Source of the DNA: Vicinamibacteria bacterium
Lineage (GTDB): Bacteria; Acidobacteriota; Vicinamibacteria; Marinacidobacterales; Marinacidobacteraceae
DNA length: 64,000 nucleotides
Assembly (NCBI GenBank): GCA_963555995.3
Contig: OY821641.1
Location: 800,001-864,000 of the forward strand
Direction of reading: 5' to 3'
Shown: one piece after another, positions 47,929-57,613 of the stretch
Numbering within the stretch: the first letter of the stretch is position 1
Layout: every line of letters begins with the position of its first letter
Notes under the pieces: generated by a model
Database searches by the model: none
The model's input: only the letters and a program-made list of their open reading frames with translations
Told to the model about the DNA's origin: nothing
Position numbers and translations under genes: made by a program

Positions 47929-49233
47929 GTGCCACGGGCTTCGTTTACTTCGCTGGGCTGTCGTCTCAACCACACGGAGGCGGCGAACTGGGCAGGACAG
48001 TTCGCGGGCAAAGGCTACACGATCGTTCCCTGGGGGGAACCGACCGATCTCGTGGTGATCAACACCTGCTCCGTGACCCACCGGGCGGAGGCGCACTGCC
48101 GCAACACCGTGCGCCGGGCGCTGCGCGGGTCGCCGGAGGCCTTCGTGGTGGTGGCGGGCTGTTACGCCCAGTCCGGCCTCGACGCGCTGCGCGAGATCCC
48201 GGGAGTGGACATGATCGTCGGGACGGAGTTCAAGGAGAGCTTCCCCGACTACCTGGATCGGCCGCGGAAACTCCCGGAGCCGGTCGTGCTGCACTCCGCC
48301 CGGATTTCGCGGCACGAGTTCGAGGTGCCGTCCACCGGGCGCTACGACTCGACCCGCGCCAACCTGAAGGTGCAGGACGGGTGCGACTTCTTCTGCTCGT
48401 TCTGCATCATCCCCTACACGCGCGGACGGGAGCGCAGCCGGCGCTTCGACGACCTGGTCCGCGAGGCGGGGGAGCTGGCCGAGGCCGGTTACCGGGAACT
48501 GGTGCTCACCGGGGTCAACATCGGGCGCTACCGGAGCGGGGGGCGGACCCTCGCGGACGTTGCGGACCGGCTGGAGGAGGTTCCCGGCGTGCGGAGGATC
48601 CGGATCACCTCGATCGAGCCGACCACCGTCGAGGACCGCCTGCTCGAGCGCATGGCCGAGCGCGGAGCGCTCTGCCGCTATCTCCACCTTCCCGTGCAGA
48701 GCGGCGACGACGGCGTGCTGGCCGGAATGGGCCGTCGCTACACCTTCCGGGACTATCGCGAGTTTGCGGAGCGGGCGGTCGAGACGGTGCCCGGACTCGG
48801 TCTCGGGACCGACGTGATCGTCGGATTCCCCGGCGAGACGGACGAAGCCTTCCGGCGCACCTGCGACCGCCTCGAAGAGGCGCCGTTCGCCTACTACCAC
48901 GTGTTCAGCTACTCGTCGCGCGCCGGGACCCGGGCCGCGGGTCTCTCCGGACACCTTCCCCCCGAGGTGATCGCGGAGCGGAGCCGCACGCTGCGGGAAC
49001 TCTCCGACCGGCGGCGGGACGCGTTCGCCCGCCGCCACGTCGGCCAGCGGGAGGAAGTCCTGTTTGAACAGCAGGACCGTTCGGGCCGCTGGACGGGACT
49101 GACCGATTCCTACCTGCGGGTCGGAGTGGTCTCGGCGGAGCCCCTCGAGAACTGCATCCGGGAGGTTCAGGTCACCCGGGTCGCGAGCGACGTGCCGGGC
49201 CTGGCGGTGGGGACGCTCGTTCCCTCGGACTGA
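47929..49233 (+). CDS. mtaB: tRNA t6A37 methylthiotransferase (radical SAM)
   Basis: SLGCRLN, INTCSVT, AGCYAQ, LKVQDGCDFFCSFCIIPYTRG, VLTGVNIG, SIEP, GFPGET, GLTDSY. Confidence 0.9.
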   Translation: MPRASFTSLGCRLNHTEAANWAGQFAGKGYTIVPWGEPTDLVVINTCSVTHRAEAHCRNTVRRALRGSPEAFVVVAGCYAQSGLDALREIPGVDMIVGTEFKESFPDYLDRPRKLPEPVVLHSARISRHEFEVPSTGRYDSTRANLKVQDGCDFFCSFCIIPYTRGRERSRRFDDLVREAGELAEAGYRELVLTGVNIGRYRSGGRTLADVADRLEEVPGVRRIRITSIEPTTVEDRLLERMAERGALCRYLHLPVQSGDDGVLAGMGRRYTFRDYREFAERAVETVPGLGLGTDVIVGFPGETDEAFRRTCDRLEEAPFAYYHVFSYSSRAGTRAAGLSGHLPPEVIAERSRTLRELSDRRRDAFARRHVGQREEVLFEQQDRSGRWTGLTDSYLRVGVVSAEPLENCIREVQVTRVASDVPGLAVGTLVPSD

Positions 49234-49282
49234 GCGGTCGTTGCCGGCCGTACACGCCGTGAGGGCGGGTGGGGTTGCGCCG

Positions 49283-49332
49283 TGCGCATCGCGGAGCGAC
49301 GCGCGTGCCGGTCTGGAGACCGGCGTTCCAAG
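49283..49332. repeat. REP variant between convergent mtaB and nrdJ
   Basis: TCGC-GGA-GCGA...GTGCCGGTCTGGAGACCGGCGTTCCAAG. Confidence 0.7.
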
Positions 49333-49338
49333 CCGTTC

Positions 49339-52077
49339 CTAGGAGCAGCCGGAGGTGGCGCCGCAGTTGAGGCACTTGAAGCAGGTGCCGCTTCGCACCA
49401 TGAGCGCGCCGCACGTCGAACAGGGAGGCGCGTCCGCGAAGACGGCCGCCGACTCGAGGACGGTCCCGCGGCGGCGGGTGCGCTTCTTCTCCGGAGGAGC
49501 CGCGGCGGGCTGGGACGGCTCGCCGTCCTCGGCGTCCAACTCGTCGGCGTCCGTCAGGAAGCGGTGTCCCAGCCAGCGGAAGATGTAGTCGGTGATCGAG
49601 TCCGCGTGGGGAATGTCCGGGTTGCCGGTGTAGCCCGAGGGCTCGAAGCGCGTGTGCGAGAACTTGTCCACCAGGACCTTGAGCGGAACCCCGTACTGGA
49701 GGTTGTAGGAAACCGCCCGCGCGAAGGCGTCCATCAGTCCGGACACGAAAGAGCCTTCCTTGGCCATCCGCAGGAAGATCTCGCAGGGAGAGCCGTCCTC
49801 GCGCAGTCCGACGGTGAGGTATCCCTTGTGTCCGCCGATGTCGAACTTGTGGATGATGGCGTCGCGCTCCGGCGGCAGGTGCTCCTTCTCGGCGGAGAGG
49901 GCGGCGTCCGCCGTTTCGGTGGCCGACTCGCCCCGGTTCAGCGGCTGCGACCGCTTGCTGCCGTCCCGGTAGATGGCCACCGCCTTGAGGCCGAGCTTCC
50001 AGGATGCGAGGTAGGTCTCCTCGATGTCCTCGACGGTGCTCTCCTCCGGCATGTTGACCGTCTTCGAGATGGCGCCCGAAAGGAAGGGCTGGACTGCGTG
50101 CATCATCTTGACGTGGCCCATGTAGTGGATGGAACGCTTCCCGCCGAAGGGCTCGAGCGCGCAGTCGAAGACGGGGAGATGTTCCTCTTCGAGGTCGGGG
50201 GCCCCCTCGACGTGGCCGTGCTCGTCCACGTAGTCCCAGATCCGCTGGAGGGCTTCGCCCTCGTAGCCAAGCCGCTCCAGCGCCGAGCGCACCGTCTGGT
50301 TGACGATGCGGATGATCCCGCCGCCGCTGAGCTTCTTGTGCTTGATGAGCGACAGATCGGGCTCCACGCCGGTCGTGTCGCAATCCATCATGAGGCCGAT
50401 GGTGCCCGTCGGCGCCAGCACCGAGGCCTGGCCGTTCCGGTAGCCGTGTTCCTCACCGAGCACGATGGCCTCGTCCCAGACCTGCCGCGCCCGGGACAGG
50501 ACCTCATGCGGGACACCCTCGGCATCGATTGCGGTTGCCGCATCCCGATGCATGCGCATCACCTCGAGGAACGGCTGCTCGTTCTCCGGGTAACCCCGGA
50601 ACGGTCCGGTGACCCCGGCGATCCGCGCCGACTGGTGGTATGCCCGGCCCGTCATCAGCGAAGTCAGGGCGGCCGCGATCGAGCGGCCGACGTCGCTGTC
50701 GTAAGGGACGCCGCGATGCATCAGGAGCGCCCCGAGGTTCGCGTAGCCGAGGCCGAGGGGCCGGTACTCGTGCGAGTTCGCTTCGATGCGCGGCGTCGGA
50801 TAGCTGGCGTTCCCGACGATGATCTCCATGCCGGTCAGCACCACATCCACCGCGTGCTCGAAGCCGTCGGTGTCGAAGACGCCCCCCTCGTCCACGAACT
50901 TCATGAGGTTCAGGGACGCGAGGTTACAGGCGCTGTCGTCGAGGTACATGTACTCGGAACACGGATTCGAGGCGTTGATCCGCCCGCTGTTCTTCGAGGT
51001 GTGCCAGCGGTTCACGGTGTCGTCGAACTGCATCCCCGGATCGCCGCATTGGTGCGCCGATTCGGCGATCTGCCGGAACAGGTCCCGGGCCCGCATGGTG
51101 TCCATGGGTTCGCCGCTGGTGATCGCGCGGGTGGACCAGTCCTCGTCGTTTTCGACCGCCCGCATGAAGGCGTCGCTGACGCGAACGCTGTGGTTCGCGT
51201 TCTGGTACTGGATGGATGCGTACGCCTCACCGTTCAGGGAGCCGTCATAGCCCGCTTCGATCAGGGCGTGGGCTTTTTGTTCCTCGCGGGACTTGCAGTC
51301 GACGAAGTCGAGGACGTCCGGATGATCCACGTTGAGAATCACCATCTTGGCGGCTCGCCGGGTCTTGCCTCCACTCCGGATGACGCCGGCGAAGGAGTCG
51401 TACCCCTTCATGAAGGAAACCGGTCCGGAGGCCCTGCCGCCGCTGGACAACTGCTCCCGGGAACTCCGGATCGTGGAGAGGTTGGTGCCGGTGCCGGATC
51501 CCCACTTGAAGAGCATGCCCTCGGTCTTGGCGAGGGTCAGGATGGAATCCATGGTGTCTTCGACCGAGTTGATGAAGCACGCCGAGCACTGCGGATGCTC
51601 CTCGACGCCGCAGTTGAACCAGACCGGCGAGTTGAACGCGGCGAACTGGTTCAGCAACAGGAAGGTGAGCTCGTCGCGGAACGTGTCCGCGGCCTCCCGG
51701 TCTGCGAAGTAGCTGTCCTTCACCCCCCAGGCCGCAATCTGGTCGGCCACCCGTCCGACCAGTTGCCGGACGCTCGATTCGCGCTCTCCCCTTTCGAGCG
51801 ACCCGTGGAAGTACTTCGACGCCACGATCGTGGTCGCCATCATGGACCACGACTTCGGGAACTCCACGCCGTGCTGCGCAAAGATCGTCTCCCCGTGTTC
51901 GTCGGTGATGACGGCGTCGCGCTTCTCCCACTCCACCTGGTCGTAGGGTGAGACACCGCGTTCGGTGAACCGGCGCCGGAATTCGAGTCCGCCGGCGCGA
52001 CCGTTCTTTCGCTCCCTGCGGGTCTTCTCGTTTTCGGAACGGGGCCCGACGGTGGTGGGCTCTACGGCAACATGCAT
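49339..52077 (-). CDS. nrdJ: adenosylcobalamin-dependent (class II) ribonucleotide reductase
   Basis: FNSPVWFN, QCSACFI, GGKTRRAAKM, ASNPCSEY, ACNLAS, APTGTIG, SGAISKTVN, C-terminal CxxC...CxxC...GCS. Confidence 0.95.
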   Translation of the reverse strand: MHVAVEPTTVGPRSENEKTRRERKNGRAGGLEFRRRFTERGVSPYDQVEWEKRDAVITDEHGETIFAQHGVEFPKSWSMMATTIVASKYFHGSLERGERESSVRQLVGRVADQIAAWGVKDSYFADREAADTFRDELTFLLLNQFAAFNSPVWFNCGVEEHPQCSACFINSVEDTMDSILTLAKTEGMLFKWGSGTGTNLSTIRSSREQLSSGGRASGPVSFMKGYDSFAGVIRSGGKTRRAAKMVILNVDHPDVLDFVDCKSREEQKAHALIEAGYDGSLNGEAYASIQYQNANHSVRVSDAFMRAVENDEDWSTRAITSGEPMDTMRARDLFRQIAESAHQCGDPGMQFDDTVNRWHTSKNSGRINASNPCSEYMYLDDSACNLASLNLMKFVDEGGVFDTDGFEHAVDVVLTGMEIIVGNASYPTPRIEANSHEYRPLGLGYANLGALLMHRGVPYDSDVGRSIAAALTSLMTGRAYHQSARIAGVTGPFRGYPENEQPFLEVMRMHRDAATAIDAEGVPHEVLSRARQVWDEAIVLGEEHGYRNGQASVLAPTGTIGLMMDCDTTGVEPDLSLIKHKKLSGGGIIRIVNQTVRSALERLGYEGEALQRIWDYVDEHGHVEGAPDLEEEHLPVFDCALEPFGGKRSIHYMGHVKMMHAVQPFLSGAISKTVNMPEESTVEDIEETYLASWKLGLKAVAIYRDGSKRSQPLNRGESATETADAALSAEKEHLPPERDAIIHKFDIGGHKGYLTVGLREDGSPCEIFLRMAKEGSFVSGLMDAFARAVSYNLQYGVPLKVLVDKFSHTRFEPSGYTGNPDIPHADSITDYIFRWLGHRFLTDADELDAEDGEPSQPAAAPPEKKRTRRRGTVLESAAVFADAPPCSTCGALMVRSGTCFKCLNCGATSGCS

Positions 52078-52188
52078 TGGGAAAATCCTTGAAGGTGGGA
52101 CAGGGGCGAGCGTCGAGGAGCGACGACCGCCCCTCTCCGGGCCACGCCGTACACCTTGACACCCGCGTCTAGTGTCAAGCCAATCACA

Positions 52189-52236
52189 CCACAAGATGTA
52201 GCGGTCGTCAACCACCGGACCCCCAACCCCTAGTGG
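52189..52236. promoter_or_regulatory. tandem NrdR boxes overlapping the putative nrdJ promoter
   Basis: CCACAAGATGTAGCGG (52189) and the weaker CCCCAACCCCTAGTGG (52221), 32 bp apart; minus-strand TTGACG-17-TGTGAT brackets the first box. Confidence 0.65.
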
Positions 52237-52338
52237 TCCACCCTCATCGCGCGCGGGGCCGGATCCTGCCCCGCTCCCATGAGGAAACCCCCGGCGGCCT
52301 GGCCGCCGGGGGTCCGCCGTGACGGCCGGAGCGCCTTA

Positions 52339-52518
52339 GCAGCCTGTGGCAAAACCCCCGCGGCATTCGACGGGCGATGCATCCCGGCTGAACCGCGCCT
52401 CTACGAGGCGCTCTGCGTTGCGTTTCGGTCGAATACACTCGGTTTTCCTCCCTCACGCGCCTTGTCAGCCGGGCGCCTCGCCCGTCTCGGTGCTCACGTG
52501 GGTTTCACCACAGGTTGT
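52339..52518 (-). mobile_element. MITE-like structured element, copy C (inverted)
   Basis: Reverse complement of copy A with a few substitutions; TA flanks. Confidence 0.85.
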
Positions 52519-54686
52519 TAGTTGTTGTTCGGGCGTCGGCTGCCGCGGCTTCCCCCACTGCCGCCGCCGCCACGACTTACGGCGGCGCCGCCGCCGCCAC
52601 CGCCACCGCGGCTGACCGCGCTGCCGCCGCCGCTGGTACTCGACCCGCCACCCCGGCTGGCCGAAGCTCCGCTACTGCCGCCGAAACGGGAGAAACCGCT
52701 TGGCCGGCTTCGGGAACCCGCGCTCGGCCGGCTTCGCGAGCCCGCGCTCGGGCGGCTCCGCGAGCCCGCGCTCGGGCGGCTGCGGGAGCCCGCGCTGGGC
52801 CGGCTGCGGGAGGCGCCGCTGGGCCGGCTGCGGGAAGCGCCGCTGGGCCGGCTCCGGGAAGCCCCGCTGGGCCGGGCTCGGGAAGCCCCGCTGGGCCGGG
52901 CTCGGGAAGTTCCCGAGCGTCCGGTGGAAGTCGCCCCACTCCTGGGAGAGGCGGGCCGCACCGAGGAAGGCCGTCTGGCGCCGCTGTCGCCCGACCGTCC
53001 GCTGGCGCGCGGCCTGGGAGAGGTGGCGGGGCGATTCCCGGTCGTGGCGCGGCCGCGATTGGCCGACGGCCGTCCGGTTCGGCGTCCTGCCGTCGCCCGA
53101 CTGCTACCGGTAGCCCGGCGCGCGGCTGCCCGGGACCGGTCCGTTTCCGCGCTGCCGGCGCTCCCGTCCCGTCCTGCGACACCGCGGGACAGGATGGCGC
53201 GATCCCTTTCCGTCGCGTAGGACGACCGCGTACTGCGCGCGCGCGCGGCGCTCGTGGGAACGGCCACCCGCTGCGCCCGGGAAGTGCTGCGGGTGGAGCC
53301 GGCCGCGGCCCGGCGTGCGGTTGTCGGGGCTCGCGAGTTGGAGAGCCGCCGGGTGGTGGCCTTCGCCGACCGGGTCATGGCGGTTTCTCCGATCGCGCGT
53401 TGACGCAGACCGCGATCCAGTACCGCGCCTCCGGAAAGGACCTGGGCGTTTTCGACGTTGCGCAGGGTGGACGCCGCCAACCGGTTGCGCGAGGCGGGAC
53501 GCCCGATGGCGTCTCTACTGGTGAAACTCCACGCCTGCCGGTTCACGGACCCGCGTGGTACGGCTTTCCCGAGGACCTGTCCCCGACGGATTCGAGGGCG
53601 GTTTGCGTAGTACTGGTCACCCCAGCCGTAAGGACCGCCGTACCATCCGTGGAACGGATACACCGCATAGCCGTAGTAGCCGAGAGGAGACCAGCCGACC
53701 CAGTCGTATCCGTAGCTCCAGGAGACCCAGCCCGGGCCCCACACGGAACCCGGCAGCCAGTACCAGCCAAGGGGGCCGTGTCCCCACCGGCCGTAGTGAT
53801 ACGGAGCCCAACCCCAGGGGTCGTAGGAGATCCAGGTGATGCCGAACGGCGTGTGCGCCCATCGTCCGAGCCGGTAAGGCGCCCAGCCGGCGGTAACTGT
53901 CGGATACCAGACCCATCCCAGATGGACATCGTGGTGCCAGCGGCCATGTCCCTCGAGATCGGGAGCGTGCTCCCTGACTTCCTCGGGAAGTTCGTCGTAG
54001 TGCGTCTCCGCAGTGGTGACGAAGCGCCGCTGACGATCTTCGGCCCAGGCGAAGAAGCTGTCGTTACCAAGGTACTCCTCGGGCGGGGCCGGCGCCGTGC
54101 CTTCGGAAGCGACGGTCCGCTGACCGGACCCCACCAGCACCGAGCCCGACTCGGTGGATACGGTCGCGATGCCCGAGTAGACGACGAACTGCACCGTGCG
54201 GCCGTCTTCCAGAAGATCCGTTCGGTACTTACCCTCGCCCTGAGGGGAGAAGGTGCCGCCCGGTGTTTCCACGACCACGTCGGCATCGCCGCCGATCCAC
54301 ACGATGAGACTCCCGGTCCAGAACCCGAGCCGGTGCGGGCTGTCCCCTTCCACGTAGTCCAGCTTGGTTGCCTGGTCCATCCATGCCGTGACCCGGCCCG
54401 CGAAGCGCAGTTCGACCTGCCCGGGTTCCCGGGTCCAGATGCGGTCGCCGGGAAGGAAGGGGCTGCCCCTTTCCGCTTCGTGGGCGCCGAAATCGTCCGC
54501 CCGCTGGTGCCAGACATCGCCGTCGACGACGCTGAGATTCCCGTAGGTGTAGGACCGCCCGGTTTCCTCGTCGGACTGCGCGAGCGCCGCCGCGGAGTGG
54601 CCCAGGACGAGCAGCAGGCTCAGGATGCCTGCGTGCCGGAGGACCTTTTTTGGCCTTGGGTTTCGCCTGTTCGCTCTTTCGTGCAT
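52518..54686 (-). CDS. secreted FecR-like plus DUF6600-like protein with long Arg/Ser/Gly-rich disordered tail
   Basis: GGAGG RBS; signal peptide; PFLPGDRIWT (FecR-like); GWAPYRLGRW...PWGWAPYHYGRW...WGPGWVSW...VGWSPL. Confidence 0.82.
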   Translation of the reverse strand: MHERANRRNPRPKKVLRHAGILSLLLVLGHSAAALAQSDEETGRSYTYGNLSVVDGDVWHQRADDFGAHEAERGSPFLPGDRIWTREPGQVELRFAGRVTAWMDQATKLDYVEGDSPHRLGFWTGSLIVWIGGDADVVVETPGGTFSPQGEGKYRTDLLEDGRTVQFVVYSGIATVSTESGSVLVGSGQRTVASEGTAPAPPEEYLGNDSFFAWAEDRQRRFVTTAETHYDELPEEVREHAPDLEGHGRWHHDVHLGWVWYPTVTAGWAPYRLGRWAHTPFGITWISYDPWGWAPYHYGRWGHGPLGWYWLPGSVWGPGWVSWSYGYDWVGWSPLGYYGYAVYPFHGWYGGPYGWGDQYYANRPRIRRGQVLGKAVPRGSVNRQAWSFTSRDAIGRPASRNRLAASTLRNVENAQVLSGGAVLDRGLRQRAIGETAMTRSAKATTRRLSNSRAPTTARRAAAGSTRSTSRAQRVAVPTSAARARSTRSSYATERDRAILSRGVAGRDGSAGSAETDRSRAAARRATGSSRATAGRRTGRPSANRGRATTGNRPATSPRPRASGRSGDSGARRPSSVRPASPRSGATSTGRSGTSRARPSGASRARPSGASRSRPSGASRSRPSGASRSRPSAGSRSRPSAGSRSRPSAGSRSRPSAGSRSRPSGFSRFGGSSGASASRGGGSSTSGGGSAVSRGGGGGGGAAVSRGGGGSGGSRGSRRPNNN
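52692..52907 (-). repeat. 9 x 24-bp coding tandem repeat, S-R-(A/S)-R-P-S-(GA/AG/GF)
   Basis: Visible directly in both DNA and protein. Confidence 0.9.
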
Positions 54687-54721
54687 GGGCCACCTCCCCG
54701 AGGCTGCCACTTCCTGATGCC

Positions 54722-54736
54722 GCAATCCCTATGCCA
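54722..54736 (-). promoter_or_regulatory. sigma-54 (-24/-12) promoter
   Basis: TGGCATAGGGATTGC (GG-N10-GC) 35 bp upstream of the ATG at 54686. Confidence 0.75.
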
Positions 54737-54759
54737 GATTCCGCGCGACTGCCCCCGGG

Positions 54760-55176
54760 TCACCCGAGCCGGTCGAGGAACTCCGACGCCTGGAGCCGGG
54801 CGCGCGCCGCGCGGAACTTTCGCCAGGCCGGCCGGACGTCGCGGTCGCGATTGACCAGCCGCTCGAGCTTGCTGCCGTCGGGATCGTCTTCGAGCAGGGC
54901 TTCCAGCCGCCCCCGCATGTCTCCTTTCGGGAGGGACTCGACAAACGCGTCCTGCTCGCTCAGCGTGTCTTCCAGCCGGGGCTTCGGCACGGGGACGAAA
55001 CGGCCCCGGATGTCGGACTCCAACTGCCAGACGATTTCCTGCGTCGAGGGATCCTCGTGGTCTTCCGCGACGCTGACCATGCGGGAGGTGTCCCGGTCGT
55101 AGTAGTAGGTCCGTTCCGGGCCGTCGTCGACAAAGGCGGCGACCAGCGCCTCAAGCAGAGAAGGGTCGGTCTCCAC
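54760..55176 (-). CDS. UPF0158 family protein
   Basis: LEALVAAF...YYYDRDT...RFVPVP...FVESL...LEALL...AWRKFR; GTG start inferred. Confidence 0.65.
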   Translation of the reverse strand: METDPSLLEALVAAFVDDGPERTYYYDRDTSRMVSVAEDHEDPSTQEIVWQLESDIRGRFVPVPKPRLEDTLSEQDAFVESLPKGDMRGRLEALLEDDPDGSKLERLVNRDRDVRPAWRKFRAARARLQASEFLDRLG

Positions 55177-55295
55177 GGACTCGGAACCGTTGCAATGAAA
55201 ACTACGGGAGGGACGCCCCTCCGTGCGGGAGATTAAACGACAGACCCCGACCGCGCCAATCCCACCCCGCCGCAATCGTCCGATTCTGTGCGACT

Positions 55296-56279
55296 TCAGC
55301 GGCCCCGGCGACGCGTGGTGCGGGTCAGTTCGGGAGGATCGTTCGTGATCTGGAGCGTGTGGGTTTCGATGCCGCCCCCGCCCAACCGGACCCCCGCGAC
55401 CAGGGCGCCGTCAGTCACGCCGGCGGCGCAGAAGATCAGGCGCCGGCCGGGCGCCAATGCCTCCGTGGTCAGCACGCGCCCCACGTCCTCGACCCCGGTC
55501 TCCACGAGCCTCCGCTGCTCCGCTTCGTTCCGCACGAGGAGCTGCCCCAGCATTCCGCCGCCGAGGCACCGCAGCGCGGCCGCCGCAATCACGCCTTCCG
55601 GGGCGCCGCCCGATCCCATGGCCGCCTGAACTCCCGAATCCGGCATCGCGCTCAGAATTCCGGCGGAGAGGTCGCCGTCTCCGATCAGCCGCACCCGGGC
55701 GCCGGCGCGTCGCAGCCCGGCAATCAGCTCCTCGTGCCGGGGCCGCTCGAGCACGACCACTGTGATCTCGCTCGCGGGGAGGCCCTCGGCCTCGGCGATC
55801 GCGCCCACGTTGTGTTCGGGAGCGTGCTCGAGCCGGATGGCGTCCCCGAGGAGGTCCCGGCTGGCCGGACCCACCATGATCTTCTCCATGTAGACATCGG
55901 GCGCGGTGAGGAGCCCCCCGCGTTCCGAACCGGCGAGCACCGCGATGGCCCCGGGTCCGCCGGTGGCGCAGAGATTCGTCCCTTCCAGGGGGTCCACCGC
56001 GATGTCCAGTTCGGGGGCTCCTTCCCCGCCGCTGCCGAACCGCTCGCCACTCCACAACATGGGAGCCTGGTCCCGCTCGCCCTCGCCGATCACCACCCGC
56101 CCCCGGACCGGCACGGTGTCGAGGATCCGGCGCATGGCGGAGACCGCGACCTGATCCGAATGGCGGCGGTCTCCCAGGCCGATCGTGGGGGCGCAGGCGA
56201 CGGCCGCTTCCTCCACCGTGCGGACCAGGTGGGAGCCGGCGACGGCCAGCGGGCCGTCAGCCGTCGTCCCGCCGCTCAA
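55296..56279 (-). CDS. glpX: class II fructose-1,6-bisphosphatase
   Basis: VVIGEGERDQAPML, IAVDPLEGT, APDVYMEK, RPRHE, DGDL, GGAPEGV, GVTDG; TTG overlaps the upstream stop. Confidence 0.93.
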   Translation of the reverse strand: MSGGTTADGPLAVAGSHLVRTVEEAAVACAPTIGLGDRRHSDQVAVSAMRRILDTVPVRGRVVIGEGERDQAPMLWSGERFGSGGEGAPELDIAVDPLEGTNLCATGGPGAIAVLAGSERGGLLTAPDVYMEKIMVGPASRDLLGDAIRLEHAPEHNVGAIAEAEGLPASEITVVVLERPRHEELIAGLRRAGARVRLIGDGDLSAGILSAMPDSGVQAAMGSGGAPEGVIAAAALRCLGGGMLGQLLVRNEAEQRRLVETGVEDVGRVLTTEALAPGRRLIFCAAGVTDGALVAGVRLGGGGIETHTLQITNDPPELTRTTRRRGR

Positions 56280-57490
56280 TGTTCCTCCGGCGGCGGGAGG
56301 CTGACCCGGGTGGGGCGGTCCCGCCGGTAGCCCAGGGCGTAGTCGGCCTGCATCAGGGTGTGGATCTCCCGGGTTCCCTCGTAGATCACGGCGCCCTTGG
56401 AGTTCCGCCAGAAGCGCCCCACCGGATACTCGTCCGAATACCCGTAGGACCCGTGGATCTGGATGGCGTCCGATGCGGCCCTTTCGGAGGCGACCGTGGA
56501 GACCCACTTCGCCAGCGAGGTCTCGCGGGTGTTCCGGCGTCCGCGATTCTTCAGCTCGCCGGCGCGGAGCCACAACAGCCGGCTCACCTCGTAGTCGCGC
56601 TCCATGTTCGCGATCATCTGCTTGACGAGTTGGTGCCGGCCGATCTCCTGACCGAAGGTGGTGCGGGACCGCGCCCAGCGCGCGCTCTCGTCGCGGCAGG
56701 CGCGGATCAGTCCGGTGGCGCCGGCGGCGACCGTGTAGCGGCCCTGGTCGAGGGCGAACATGGCGATCTTGAAGCCCTCGCCCTCCTCCCCGAGCCGGTT
56801 CCCGGCCGGGACGCGGACGTCATGCATGCGGAACCAGCCGGTGTTTCCGGCGCGAATCCCCCATTTGTGGGTCATGTTTCCGGACTCGAAGCCAGGAAAG
56901 GAGCGCTCCACGATGAAGGCCGAGAGTCCCGAATGGTCCCGGCGAGCCCGCTTGTCGGGATCCGTCCAGGCGATCACGAGGAAGTTGTCGGCAATCTCGG
57001 CCAGGGAGATCCAGTGTTTTTCCCCGGTGAGCACGTAGTCGGAACCGTCGCGCCGCGCCGTGGCCCGGATCCCCACCGCGTCGCTTCCGGCGTCCGGTTC
57101 GGTAAGCCCGTAGGTGGCGATCTGCTTCCCTTCCGCCTGCGGCCGCAGGTAGCGGTCCTTCTGCGCCTCGCTGCCCCAGGCGAGGAGCGAGAGGGAGTTC
57201 AGACCGGCATGCACGGACATGATGACCCGCAGCGAGGTGTCGACGTACTCGAGTTCCTCGCAGGCGAGCCCGAGCGAGATGTAGTCGAGTCCGGCGCCGC
57301 CGTAGCGCTCGGGAACCGATATCCCCAGGATGCCGAGTTCTCCGAGTCCCGTCAGGATTTTGCGATCGAACACCTTGGCGGCATCGTTTTCGCGGATATG
57401 CGGCGCCACCTCGCGGGCGGCGAACTCGCGAACCAGCGACTCCGTCGCGCGGTGTTCCTCGGTCAGATCGAAGTTCAGACGCTCAGCCAA
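56276..57490 (-). CDS. acyl-CoA dehydrogenase
   Basis: GLTEPDAGSD, GEKHWIS, GEEGEGFK, HGSYGY, IYEGT. Confidence 0.93.
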   Translation of the reverse strand: MAERLNFDLTEEHRATESLVREFAAREVAPHIRENDAAKVFDRKILTGLGELGILGISVPERYGGAGLDYISLGLACEELEYVDTSLRVIMSVHAGLNSLSLLAWGSEAQKDRYLRPQAEGKQIATYGLTEPDAGSDAVGIRATARRDGSDYVLTGEKHWISLAEIADNFLVIAWTDPDKRARRDHSGLSAFIVERSFPGFESGNMTHKWGIRAGNTGWFRMHDVRVPAGNRLGEEGEGFKIAMFALDQGRYTVAAGATGLIRACRDESARWARSRTTFGQEIGRHQLVKQMIANMERDYEVSRLLWLRAGELKNRGRRNTRETSLAKWVSTVASERAASDAIQIHGSYGYSDEYPVGRFWRNSKGAVIYEGTREIHTLMQADYALGYRRDRPTRVSLPPPEEH

Positions 57491-57613
57491 CGTTCCCTTG
57501 CCTTTCCGGTCGTGCCGGTTCCTTCCCTGTCGCCTGCGTCCCGCCGGCGCGGAGCGCGGAGTATACGGCGCGGCTTCGGGTCGTTTCCCGGTGCGGCGCG
57601 GGGGCCGGGACGA

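Noticed and set aside
49339-52077. Intein or intron in nrdJ
   Set aside because: Length and motif spacing are continuous; no splicing or homing-endonuclease motifs seen.
52692-52907. Possible CRISPR array
   Set aside because: Contiguous 24-bp units without spacers, in frame within a CDS; no cas genes.
52522-53220. Plus-strand ORF with an LGRLREPA repeat resembling an LRR or pentapeptide protein
   Set aside because: It is the antisense reading of the SRSRPSAG tandem repeat of the DUF6600-like gene.
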